This document shows positions 63,560 to 64,000 of a stretch of 64,000 nucleotides of DNA, one piece after another. This stretch comes from Dicyema japonicum (Eukaryota; Animalia; Dicyemida). Position 1 is the stretch's first letter; each line of letters begins with the position of its first letter. The notes under the pieces were generated by a model. The model worked only from the letters and a program-made list of their open reading frames with translations, did not search any database and was not told the DNA's origin. The stretch covers positions 434,001 through 498,000 of the forward strand of contig RDEW01000017.1 in the NCBI GenBank assembly GCA_011109175.1, read 5' to 3'. Made by a program: the position numbers and the translations under genes.

Positions 63560-64000
63560 ATGGAGACCGATCTTTCATTCAAAAATATTTTAAAATTTAG
63601 AAATATAGAACAACTTGAAAAGCTAGTTGCCTCTGATGTGGACATAAACAAGTCTTGTGAAGGCCGGGAAAATTTTACTCCTCTTCATTGGGCGTGCTTT
63701 TATGGGAATTTAGAAGTTGGTCAATTTTAAATAAGCCAGGCCACTCACTATCTACTCTGGCATGGAGCAAATGTATTTGCGACTGCCTTCCGTGGCTGGA
63801 CTCCTCTTCACATTGTAGGGTTAAAGGGAACTAGCAAATGTGCTGAAGTAAGTCAAGAATGGTTTAATTTCCAAGTCTTTATTAAATTATGATGCGGATA
63901 TCAATGCTAAAGATTCACGTGGATGTACCCCCGCTCATCTGGCTGCGATTCATGGTCATTCGATTACCCTTTCAGGAATACTAAAGCAAGGAGCGGTAGA
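63560..64000 (+). CDS. ANKRD42: Ankyrin-repeat protein, ANKRD42-like (5' part, continues beyond the window); introns 63716-63739 (24) and 63848-63875 (28)
   Basis: FTPLHWACFYGNLE|ATHYLLWHGANV...RGWTPLHI...|SLLNYDADINAKDSRGCTPAHLAAIHGHSITL recalls ANKRD42 (CLHWLLWHGAD..RGWT.SHIA...[20 protein letters not shown]). The ankyrin call is firm; the orthologue call is less so. Confidence 0.8.

Noticed and set aside
1-64000. Alternative genetic code (ciliate-type TAA/TAG=Gln, or TGA=Trp) as the reason for fragmented ORFs
   Set aside because: After removing tiny introns the recognised genes have no internal stops and terminate in TAG (VPS29), TAA (annexin, RPS14, AP2A, TULP) or TGA (ZNHIT1); conserved Trp residues use TGG.

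Overview
AT-rich eukaryotic nuclear DNA in the standard genetic code. Seven recognisable host genes (VPS29, a four-repeat annexin, RPS14, AP-2 alpha adaptin, a Tubby/TULP protein, ZNHIT1, an ANKRD42-like ankyrin gene running off the right end) and one orphan multi-exon gene occupy only about 8.4 kb. The ORF track shows them only as fragments because ultra-short spliceosomal introns cut them up. I reconstructed 48 introns by hand, all 20-29 nt; 47 are GT-AG and one needs a GA donor. Removing them restores continuous reading frames, for example 18 introns in AP2A. Animal-like proteins plus ~21-26 nt introns resemble what is reported for dicyemid mesozoans; the taxon is my inference, and other reduced parasites such as myxozoans are not excluded. 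Most other sequence is decayed transposable elements: RTE, CRE, R4-like and Jockey/I-like LINEs, a tRNA-derived SINE, pogo/Tigger, hAT, a MULE-like MITE and a Ginger-like element. There is also a 30-31 bp higher-order minisatellite and a degenerate telomere-like tract. I saw no rRNA, intact tRNA or CRISPR array. The most interesting signals concern splicing: strict intron length limits, candidate non-canonical GA-AG and GT-GA introns, stop codons in 3n introns, an 18-nt micro-exon, and introns free of TEs in a TE-saturated neighbourhood.
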